DNA of 64,000 nt from a virus. This document shows, piece after piece, positions 1-7,993 of this stretch; within the stretch, counting starts at the first letter, position 1, and the number at the start of each line of letters is the position of its first letter. The stretch spans positions 32,001 to 96,000 of IMG/VR virus record IMGVR_UViG_3300003873_000003; one strand, 5' to 3'. Under the pieces are notes generated by a model that ran no database searches, was not told the origin of the DNA, and worked only from the letters and a program-made list of their open reading frames with translations. The position numbers and the translations under genes were made by a program.

Positions 1-339
1 TACAATACGCTTCACACGACCCTGACACAGAGTATCAGCAATTTCTTTTAAGTCACCACTCAAGTCGTATGTCTTACACACATTGTAGGGGACAACATAG
101 ACTGTGCAATCTTTCTTTATGTTATCTTTGACACGGTTCATCATGTTGAAGAACAGCTTACCTACAGAACCACTAAACAACTCTTTACGTCCCATATCCT
201 CAGTTGGGATATGGTCAACGATAAACAGCACCTTGTAGTTTCCTTCACCTAAGTAAAAAGGTCGCACGGAAAAAGGGCTGCGGTTAAGCAGCCCCTTCAC
301 CTGACCTTCCGCTTTATCGGGAAGGTTGAAATACCTCAA
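1..339 (-). CDS. 5' part of a gene with an N-terminal uracil-DNA-glycosylase-like domain, probably a SPO1-type family A DNA polymerase (runs off the window; start uncertain)
   Basis: Open frame read by hand: ...GEGNYKVLFIVDHIPTEDMGRKELFSGSVGKLFFNMM...VYVVPYNVCK..., resembling the family-4 UDG-like pattern. The polymerase domain itself is not visible. Confidence 0.5.
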   Translation of the reverse strand, partial: MRYFNLPDKAEGQVKGLLNRSPFSVRPFYLGEGNYKVLFIVDHIPTEDMGRKELFSGSVGKLFFNMMNRVKDNIKKDCTVYVVPYNVCKTYDLSGDLKEIADTLCQGRVKRIV

Positions 340-340
340 C

Positions 341-907
341 TTATAGTACCTTTTCTAAGCGGCGCATACACAGACGAAGCCCCTTACGTAGGTAATCGCT
401 ATCTTCACCGAACACAAGGATATTTGCATCTGCGATGGTTTGCAGCAAAGGGCTGTGGGTTGCGATGATGAACTGCAAGTTAGGTTTACTCTCAATCAGG
501 CGAGCCAACTCAGCGATAGCAGAATAATCCAACCCAATTTCAGGTTCATCCATAACCACGGTTGTAGGGTCTGTAATGTTGTCCAACGCTCGCATATAAC
601 GCATAAGAGCTTCACCGTGAGATTCAGAATCGTTGGTAATCTTCTTGGATGCCTCACCATCAATGTTAGGCTTAGAGGTGATTGTTCCACTGGCGTGGTA
701 CAGAACAGGAACTTCGCTATCACGGATAAGTTGTGCAACAGGTACAGAATCAGCACCATTGACCACACGCATGATAGCTTCAATGGAACTGCTTTTTCCG
801 CTACCGTTGGGACCAACTAGAATGTTCACGCCTTCCATGAAGGTGACACTCGTGCAGCCACAGCGGCTAATGTAGTTATTGGCGACAAACTTTGCTCGTA
901 AAATCAT
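341..907 (-). CDS. ABC/AAA-type ATPase
   Basis: Walker A GPNGSGKSS, signature SHGE, Walker B VVMDEPE, H-loop ATHS; AAGGAG RBS before the ATG at 907. Confidence 0.85.
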   Translation of the reverse strand: MILRAKFVANNYISRCGCTSVTFMEGVNILVGPNGSGKSSSIEAIMRVVNGADSVPVAQLIRDSEVPVLYHASGTITSKPNIDGEASKKITNDSESHGEALMRYMRALDNITDPTTVVMDEPEIGLDYSAIAELARLIESKPNLQFIIATHSPLLQTIADANILVFGEDSDYLRKGLRLCMRRLEKVL

Positions 908-963
908 AGGTAAAATCTCCTTAAAATATAATGTGTTTCCGTCGGTCATTTACAGTTTTCAGT

Positions 964-1191
964 TCAAAATAAATTCCGTGCATAAGGTGGTAACTTGTCT
1001 TCGGGCTTCAATTCAGCTAGTGCCTGTACCCGAAGCTCCAGTATCCGAATAGAGTTGCTTACGTGCAACGGTACACTACTACCAAGTGCATCCAACCGAG
1101 CCTTGGTGTACAAAAGCGAATCAAGCTCTTTTTTAGTGGTCTCTATCACCGAAGCTAAATCACCCATCTGTAGCACCATCGGTATCCGCAC
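964..1191 (-). CDS. hypothetical protein
   Basis: ORF continuous with the operon, helical character. Confidence 0.5.
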   Translation of the reverse strand: MRIPMVLQMGDLASVIETTKKELDSLLYTKARLDALGSSVPLHVSNSIRILELRVQALAELKPEDKLPPYARNLF

Positions 1192-1636
1192 GGGAGTGAC
1201 CCGATGAGTCCATAGCGGTAAATACGTTTAATTCACCACGCCGCACCCCCAGCGTGGCACTTAGGGAAGTTAATGTTGGTAGCCCCTGATACGTGGTAGC
1301 CCCTGATACAGTATCCACATGCAGACTTTCTTTTTCGTCTTCATTACCATGCGTGTCATGTTTAGGAATAGGTGTGCCGCATGAACGGAGGCGGTACACT
1401 TCATCAATACAGTTCAGCAATGAATCTTGGTATATCCGCAAAGACCTCCGCAACGACTCAAAGCTATGAATCAGAGCAGCGTCAGGGGCAAAGCCTGACT
1501 CGGATAGACTCTCGACATACCCATCTAAGTGAGCTAGGTAGTCCCAAGCCTCCGCCTGTTTCTCATACAGACTAGCCTTCATCTCTCCCCAGAATGCTCC
1601 ATCTATGGTTTCATTTGCGTGTGCATCATCAGTCAT
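1160..1636 (-). CDS. hypothetical protein
   Basis: 4-nt overlap with the upstream gene, AAGGAG RBS. Confidence 0.65.
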   Translation of the reverse strand: MTDDAHANETIDGAFWGEMKASLYEKQAEAWDYLAHLDGYVESLSESGFAPDAALIHSFESLRRSLRIYQDSLLNCIDEVYRLRSCGTPIPKHDTHGNEDEKESLHVDTVSGATTYQGLPTLTSLSATLGVRRGELNVFTAMDSSGHSRADTDGATDG

Positions 1637-2646
1637 AGTAACTCCTTATTGTTGGTAGGTGATGGTACTGAAAGTTGGGTTGTGAGCCCTGCACCTTTAT
1701 AGAAAGAGAAGCAAGGCTTGCTATAGAAACCCCAACTCTTCTTCCACCCATTATCGTAAGACAACGGCTCTATGCGTCTTCCTTCCGCTACAGCAAAGCA
1801 AGATTGTGTTATGTAACCATTAACAGATTTATGACGCTTATGTCGAGTCCCTGACATGAACATCGTAAGCGAGTGCTTATTGCCAATCAAGATAACAACG
1901 GCAGCAAGCTCGTTTGTGTGCCTATCTGTAACACACAAAGCGGAAACCTCGTAGGAGCAACCCTTATCAAGCAGAGCCGACACTAAAGCATCAACATCAG
2001 GGACTGCATACTGCTCGAACCTGTAAGCGTTATCACCAAAACGCTCTTTCTGCATTTCTTTAACTGCCTCAATGTGGTACAAGCTGATAGGGGAAACTTC
2101 ATAGTAATACTTCTTGTTTAACCGCTTCAAACTATTTCGGATACGCCCACGTTGTTTGTGGTTACACGCATACTGCAAGTGGGACTCCCAATCCATTTCC
2201 GAGTAGAAATGGTCAGACGAGTATTTCACAGTAACTGGTCCCGTATCCGTGTGTAGCACCATAGTGTCACCGACATTTGGCAGATTGAAGTTCGTATTCA
2301 AGAACGGTTGGTTATCAATCACCGAGCCGCTAGGAAGACTATCAGCAATAACACTCATCCAGTCCTTACTTGAGAAAGGGTGTGCAGCACTTGGGGTCAT
2401 AGAGGACAACGAAAAGTCGCTGTCAATCTCAACGTAGTTAGAATACTCACCATTGTAGCACCCATACCTGCAAAGAGGCAAGTAAACAACATCACTCACC
2501 ACTGCACATGGAGGTTCCGCAAGATGCTTATGCCAATGCTCCGTCCACTCTAGGGTGGCTTGCACAGACGGCTTCTCGATACAAGATACCCTCCTCTCCC
2601 TATCACGGATAAACTCGCTTCCAGTAATCATATCAGGCTGGGACAT
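1633..2646 (-). CDS. GNAT-fold acyl/aminoacyl transferase (Acetyltransf_6/FemAB-like)
   Basis: KQRGRIRNSLKRL helix, LAAVVILI...TMFMSG strands and C-terminal GWKKSWG resemble this family; RBS before the ATG at 2646. Confidence 0.6.
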   Translation of the reverse strand: MSQPDMITGSEFIRDRERRVSCIEKPSVQATLEWTEHWHKHLAEPPCAVVSDVVYLPLCRYGCYNGEYSNYVEIDSDFSLSSMTPSAAHPFSSKDWMSVIADSLPSGSVIDNQPFLNTNFNLPNVGDTMVLHTDTGPVTVKYSSDHFYSEMDWESHLQYACNHKQRGRIRNSLKRLNKKYYYEVSPISLYHIEAVKEMQKERFGDNAYRFEQYAVPDVDALVSALLDKGCSYEVSALCVTDRHTNELAAVVILIGNKHSLTMFMSGTRHKRHKSVNGYITQSCFAVAEGRRIEPLSYDNGWKKSWGFYSKPCFSFYKGAGLTTQLSVPSPTNNKELL

Positions 2647-3715
2647 GTCTGACCTCTCCTTCATAGTTAATAAGCGTATTAGTATCACCATCGGTTATAA
2701 TCACCCTAGCAGGCTCTAGGGGTATCTTGCCAATGCCACCTTCACCATCCACAACAAACGTAGGCATGGCAACACCGCTGATATACCCCCTAAGTTGGCA
2801 TACGAGTGTTTGTGCATCTTGCAGACTGACTTCAAACTGTGCGTTACCTAACTCACGGTCACAGGTGTACACGTAGTAAGGTCGAATACCGATAGACACA
2901 AGGTGCATAAACAGGGTCTCAAGGGTATGGGCGTTATCGTTGATGCCTTTCAACAGCACAGTCTGACTTCCTAGTGTTACCCCTGCGTCACGCAGATTGT
3001 TTACACCATCAACAAATATCGGTGTAATCTCTTTCGGATGGTTCACATGGATATTCAAAAGCACGTTATAATCACGCAGCAACTTACAGAATGCTGGGGT
3101 TAGTCGGTAAGGATTCTGTACAGGCATCCGTGAGCTGATACGAAGAATCTTGATGTGAGGTAGTGCCCGTATCTCTTTGAAGAGGTGTTCAAGAACGGTG
3201 TCGCTCATCAACAAGGGGTCTCCGCCTGACAGAAGCACATCATTTATTTCTGTATGCTTTTGCAGGTACTCAAGTGAAGCCATGAGTTGACCTTTCGATA
3301 TGTAATCATCCTCCCCAGATACCATACGTTTGCGAGTACAGAATCGGCAGTACGCAGCGCAAGTGTTCTGAACAAGGAAAAGGACACGCTTAGGGTAACG
3401 GTGGATAATGCTCGTACCTGCGATTCGATGACGTTCCTCATTGAGAGGGTCTTCCTGCTCAACATCAGACACATCTAGCTCTTTCTTCGAGTAGAGGTAC
3501 TGCTTACGGATAGGACAGTCGGGGTCATCAGGCGACATTAAACTTAGCAGATAAGGTGTTACACCTACCTTGAGTAACCCATGTGGGGGTACATCATCAG
3601 GCACATTCGATAAGTATATGCGCAATCCATCCATACTTCGCACACTACGCTTTATCTGACTGCGCCAACTAACGTCATCAAAGCACATAGGGTCTGTAGC
3701 CATCGTTTTACTCAT
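2633..3715 (-). CDS. kamA: lysine 2,3-aminomutase (KamA-family radical SAM/PLP enzyme)
   Basis: DPL.EE, HRYPKRVL, CAAYCRFC (CxxxCxxC), SGGDPL, HVNHPKE, QTVLLKGIND, PYYVYTCD, VVDGEGGIGK (PLP lysine). Confidence 0.93.
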   Translation of the reverse strand: MSKTMATDPMCFDDVSWRSQIKRSVRSMDGLRIYLSNVPDDVPPHGLLKVGVTPYLLSLMSPDDPDCPIRKQYLYSKKELDVSDVEQEDPLNEERHRIAGTSIIHRYPKRVLFLVQNTCAAYCRFCTRKRMVSGEDDYISKGQLMASLEYLQKHTEINDVLLSGGDPLLMSDTVLEHLFKEIRALPHIKILRISSRMPVQNPYRLTPAFCKLLRDYNVLLNIHVNHPKEITPIFVDGVNNLRDAGVTLGSQTVLLKGINDNAHTLETLFMHLVSIGIRPYYVYTCDRELGNAQFEVSLQDAQTLVCQLRGYISGVAMPTFVVDGEGGIGKIPLEPARVIITDGDTNTLINYEGEVRHVPA

Positions 3716-4817
3716 GGGATGAACCTTGGATGAACAGCACCAGCTCATGTGGTTCGAGAACACCACCCCAAGCTTTAGAGAAAGAAGGTGAGATAGCTTC
3801 GGTCAAGTCCTCACCCACCATAGGTACGAACTCGGGGCGAGGTAAGCCTAGGTGAGCAGAGCGACCATCTTCGTGTGCATCATTATTCGTATCAGCGGCG
3901 AACCCCATGTGAACCATAGGAAACCCATCGTACAGAGCTTCGTGGTCACGCAAAGCACGTTGCATGGAAGATACGAGTTCCCCTGTAGTCCACGGTCGAA
4001 TCTTGACAGCCTCATCCAACTTAATGTCAGCTACAACACGAGTTTCACCGTCAGACTTAGAGTGGGACTCTTCCACAACGACATTCTTATGATAAAGCTC
4101 GATGCTGTTATTGAATAGGTTACGATGTGTGACAACTGTGTACGAAACATTCAGAGTAGAACTGGAGCGTACAATGCCATCAGCGATTAAATCCTTACCG
4201 ATGTCAGTATCTGTACTCAAAGGTGTCCAGCAGTCAGACTCGTACTTATCGTGGAAGGGTGTGTACACACCGAAAGGAACGATGTTAAACTGGGCATAAT
4301 AGTCATCACCGTGCTTAACAGCATTATTAAGCAGGTTGAGGAAAAAGTCATCCATTTCAGATTCGGTCTGCAAGGCATTCAAGCTGTAATAGTACCCCAA
4401 CACTAAGTTTGTGCCTTCGGGTATAGTACAGTGAGTGGCATCGGCTGTTTCTAACCCTGCACCGTTGTCATTCAGTTCGGTTATCGTATAAGAGCTTACA
4501 TCGACTGTGGGGGAGAAGTATCCAGTGAGTTTGGAATAGTAATCCTTCCCACCAAACAACTCAACAACGTTCGCAGAGGACAGGGACTCAATGAAGGGTT
4601 TGCCAAGCTCATAAGCAGTAGTTCGCTCAAAGTCAGCACTATGGGGGAACGTTATGCCTTCAAACTCACCGTTCAACACAGTACGCAATGTTTCTCGAAG
4701 AAGGAGAGTGTCGTACAAACGAGCATGTGGGTCAGGGGCAGTAACAGCCTCGTACACGGCGGCATGGTGGTAAAGAGATTTTGCATAGTAACATAACTTG
4801 CGGTCTTTTGATTTCAT
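3708..4817 (-). CDS. putative class I SAM-dependent methyltransferase
   Basis: Motif I-like VVELFGG, ADAT, LVLGYYYSLNAL, beta-rich cap insertion and RPWTTGELVSSM, as in small-molecule N-methyltransferases; divergent. Confidence 0.55.
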   Translation of the reverse strand: MKSKDRKLCYYAKSLYHHAAVYEAVTAPDPHARLYDTLLLRETLRTVLNGEFEGITFPHSADFERTTAYELGKPFIESLSSANVVELFGGKDYYSKLTGYFSPTVDVSSYTITELNDNGAGLETADATHCTIPEGTNLVLGYYYSLNALQTESEMDDFFLNLLNNAVKHGDDYYAQFNIVPFGVYTPFHDKYESDCWTPLSTDTDIGKDLIADGIVRSSSTLNVSYTVVTHRNLFNNSIELYHKNVVVEESHSKSDGETRVVADIKLDEAVKIRPWTTGELVSSMQRALRDHEALYDGFPMVHMGFAADTNNDAHEDGRSAHLGLPRPEFVPMVGEDLTEAISPSFSKAWGGVLEPHELVLFIQGSSHE

Positions 4818-4900
4818 TATTTTGTAACTCCCAATATAGGATAAACAGTGGATGTAACGTAGGTCAATCGGCTACACCCACCATTTACAGTTTTGCACTC

Positions 4901-6568
4901 TTATGGCTTAGGGTTATGACCTGTAGCCCTATCCATAATACGCTCTAACATCTCACTATAGAACCCCTCAAATAAAGTACCGTTGTAAACACAGTCAGAA
5001 CAAGCAGGCTCGATGTATTCTTGGATGCGTGGGGAATTAGGTCGCATTTCAAACACTGTACTAAGAACGGCAACACGCCCACCATGCGAAAAGAACCCAT
5101 CTGATACAACATCATAGTACACGTCAATATACCGCATATCAACAGTGCCTTGCTGTAAGAACGCTCCAGTCGGTGTTCCTCTGCGTGTATCAGGGTAGTG
5201 AACTGCCTTGGGTGTGCGGAAACGGTCGGCAGCAAACGAAAGGTCGATAAGCGATAACCCAAAACTTTCAGGGTATAGCAGCGGTACTATCGTGTTGCGG
5301 GGGTCTGACCAAGAGTAAGTGTTCGGTGCGTTGTATGAATAGAAGTAGTCTAGGAACTCAAAAGGGCTTGGGTGTAAGATAAGACTGTCTTCTGTATCAG
5401 CACACTCCGAAGGCGCAGGCTCCATCTCACCAGCTTGCATTGCAATCGTTGCGAAGTTGCTATTCGCAAGTCGAGTCATCCACTCGATACCATAAGTAAT
5501 AGAATCATCGTGACCCATAATAAACGTCAAGTCTATGACCCCAGTGTATTCAGGTGCATTGTCAGCCAACCACGCACCTAACCGACCTGCAATTACCTCG
5601 GGGTACATGAACCGCTTGAGGCGTTCAGATGTAAGAGACACATGGTAAGTAGCAACATCACCAAACTTGGGACCGCAGCCGCCATACTGATTGTCATGGA
5701 ACAAACGATTATCCTCAATCACCAACACGCCATTCCCCACGTGACCTTGAGCAACAAAATAGGAAAGGCTGAACTCAATACCTTCGATAAAGTCTTGGAT
5801 GATGATGGGGTAAGGTAGACCCTTGCCGTTTTCGGGACGCAAAGTCAAAGCACCAATAGACTGACCACGAAGTTCCTTTACGTACACCTTTTTCGAGGTG
5901 TCATCAACGGCGGAGCATACACCGCACCAATCTTCCTCATCTTGAACCGTGACCGTTTTAGGTGTAGCGATACCGAGAGAACGGAACGCCGCATCGCCAA
6001 CACTACGAACTAACTCTAAGTCCCGTGCGGCTTTCGGTGTTCTGGGGAACAGGTTGTACGGCAAGGGTTTACCCTTCGCAACCTTGGAATTGGCTACGCC
6101 TTTATAGATGATGTCATCCAACCATTGATAGAACGGTTTAGTCTGCGCCTGCTGTGCAACTTGTTTGGAACGGGGCTTAGTACGACCACCTTTCGTTGCA
6201 CGGATGTCATCCATAGTTCTTGCGTGCTGGATACCACAGGCAGCAGGGTACACCACAGTCCCACTACCATTCTTCTCGGTAACAAAGTGATGTACGATAC
6301 GCAGCGTAGCTTCCAACGAAAAGGCGTACTCCGACCCACCAATGGAGTGAGGAATCAAGCAGGCAGTTGGATGGTCTGCAAAATAATCAGAGGCAGCGTC
6401 CCTGTTACCGATAACCAGTGTGTTAAACAAAGAAGGTTCAAAGGCTGTACTATCCCTCACCTGCTCCATAGACAAAGAAAAACGAGGTACAAGCAGATTG
6501 AAAGATTTGGTCTTGGGGTCACCGACCGTAATAACACGGTAGTCGTCAATAGAAAATTCGTCACTCAT
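4901..6568 (-). CDS. PurD-like ATP-grasp amide ligase
   Basis: VYVK, IIIQDFIEGIEFS, GPKFGD (PurD GPNTGG), YTGVIDL, IEWMTR (PurD EFNxR), GGRV. Confidence 0.75.
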   Translation of the reverse strand: MSDEFSIDDYRVITVGDPKTKSFNLLVPRFSLSMEQVRDSTAFEPSLFNTLVIGNRDAASDYFADHPTACLIPHSIGGSEYAFSLEATLRIVHHFVTEKNGSGTVVYPAACGIQHARTMDDIRATKGGRTKPRSKQVAQQAQTKPFYQWLDDIIYKGVANSKVAKGKPLPYNLFPRTPKAARDLELVRSVGDAAFRSLGIATPKTVTVQDEEDWCGVCSAVDDTSKKVYVKELRGQSIGALTLRPENGKGLPYPIIIQDFIEGIEFSLSYFVAQGHVGNGVLVIEDNRLFHDNQYGGCGPKFGDVATYHVSLTSERLKRFMYPEVIAGRLGAWLADNAPEYTGVIDLTFIMGHDDSITYGIEWMTRLANSNFATIAMQAGEMEPAPSECADTEDSLILHPSPFEFLDYFYSYNAPNTYSWSDPRNTIVPLLYPESFGLSLIDLSFAADRFRTPKAVHYPDTRRGTPTGAFLQQGTVDMRYIDVYYDVVSDGFFSHGGRVAVLSTVFEMRPNSPRIQEYIEPACSDCVYNGTLFEGFYSEMLERIMDRATGHNPKP

Positions 6569-7278
6569 AGCTCAACTCCTAGTTCTTTGAAAAGTTCATC
6601 CACTTCGATACAAATGGGGCATTCATGGCAAGGTTCAGCATACTCGCAGCTTTGAGTACGCGCAAAGTCAATACCCATTGAAATGCCAAACTGAATAACC
6701 TCACGCTTCGTTAGGGACTCAAGCGGTGCTGTGACCAAGAAAGGCTCTGCGAAGGATGAAAAGATAGTGTCGTTCACCTGTGTATGGATTTGGCGGCAAG
6801 CATCCCGACCACGCATTAGGTTCAAGTCTGTGTTCATACCCAATTCAGATTGGTTGGATTGGAACCCCGTAGCTAAGCGGTTACAGCCGTTATAAGAGGC
6901 AACCGTGGCTGCCATGAGCATGAACAAAGGGTTGCGCCCATTAAGGAATCCCATCTCGGTGTCGGTCAGTACACAACAGTCATCACGATGGACACCTTTC
7001 TTTTGCAACTCGTAGTCTTCTTGGAAAGTAGGAACAGAGGTCAACTTACTGTAGTCCCAATCAATAACGTGCGTCTTAACTGTGCAACCGCAGTAATTTG
7101 ACAGGAAGTTTGCGTGCCAGTTCATATTGCGTTTCATGGTTTCAAAGTTCGCATTGCCTCCATTCACTAGGATTAACATGCCTAGTGAGCCAGCCTCTGC
7201 CAACATGTACGCAGCTACAGTGCTGTCGATACCTCCACTGTAAAGTACGGCTTGTTTCTTCTCAATCGGTTTTGTCAT
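6565..7278 (-). CDS. divergent QueC-like PP-loop ATPase (second paralog)
   Basis: SGGIDST PP-loop, GRNPLF, PLESLTKREVI, TQSC...CHECPIC Zn site; lacks YPDCR; AAGGAG RBS before 7278. Confidence 0.85.
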   Translation of the reverse strand: MTKPIEKKQAVLYSGGIDSTVAAYMLAEAGSLGMLILVNGGNANFETMKRNMNWHANFLSNYCGCTVKTHVIDWDYSKLTSVPTFQEDYELQKKGVHRDDCCVLTDTEMGFLNGRNPLFMLMAATVASYNGCNRLATGFQSNQSELGMNTDLNLMRGRDACRQIHTQVNDTIFSSFAEPFLVTAPLESLTKREVIQFGISMGIDFARTQSCEYAEPCHECPICIEVDELFKELGVEL

Positions 7279-7312
7279 AACATCTCCTTGTTTTGTAGTC
7301 ACAATTTACACT

Positions 7313-7993
7313 TTACCCATCTTCATACAGCGTAGGGTCAACAATGCCTGCCAACGAAAAGGCTAAACGGCGTTCCGTACAAGTACCGCACTTACCACAG
7401 TGGGTCACCCCACCTTTATAGCAACTGTATGTTTCTGCGAACGGTACACCCAAGCTTGCACCGATAGATACAATTTCGTTCTTAGTCAACCCACCGAAGG
7501 GGCTTACAACTTCAACACCACCGTATGTGCCTAATGAAGCAGCCTTACTCATAGCAGTTGTGAACTCGGTACGGCAATCGGGGTAGATGGCGTTGTCTCC
7601 TTTATGCGAGGCTAGGTAAACATGGTTAAGCTTACGGGCTTCTGCGATAGCTACAGCCACAGACAACATCACACCGTTACGGAAAGGAACCACAGTGCTA
7701 CGCATCGTAGCATCCTCGTAGTGACCTTCAGGGACGTCACCTGCACCCGAAATCAAGGAACTCAGCTCACCTAAGCTGCATTGGTTGAAGACGTTATGCA
7801 AAGGTATGACGAGGTGCTCCGTGTTAGTGATAGAGCAGTTACGAGAGGCACATTCGAGTTCTCGCTCATTGTGATTTGAACCGTAGTCGAACGACACCGC
7901 TAGAGCAGGCTTCATTTGGTACAACAGAGTGGTACTATCTAGACCCCCACTGTAGATTAAGATACCAGTATTTTCGAGAATGTTAGGTTTCAT
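7313..7993 (-). CDS. queC: 7-cyano-7-deazaguanine (preQ0) synthase
   Basis: SGGLDST, FDYG, TVVPFRNGVMLS, YPDCR, TYSCYKG..HCGKCGTC.ER, all canonical. Confidence 0.95.
   Translation of the reverse strand: MKPNILENTGILIYSGGLDSTTLLYQMKPALAVSFDYGSNHNERELECASRNCSITNTEHLVIPLHNVFNQCSLGELSSLISGAGDVPEGHYEDATMRSTVVPFRNGVMLSVAVAIAEARKLNHVYLASHKGDNAIYPDCRTEFTTAMSKAASLGTYGGVEVVSPFGGLTKNEIVSIGASLGVPFAETYSCYKGGVTHCGKCGTCTERRLAFSLAGIVDPTLYEDG

Noticed and set aside
4901-6568. Annotation as a true purD (purine biosynthesis)
   Set aside because: Substrate loops are altered, the N-terminus is unrelated and there is no pur context
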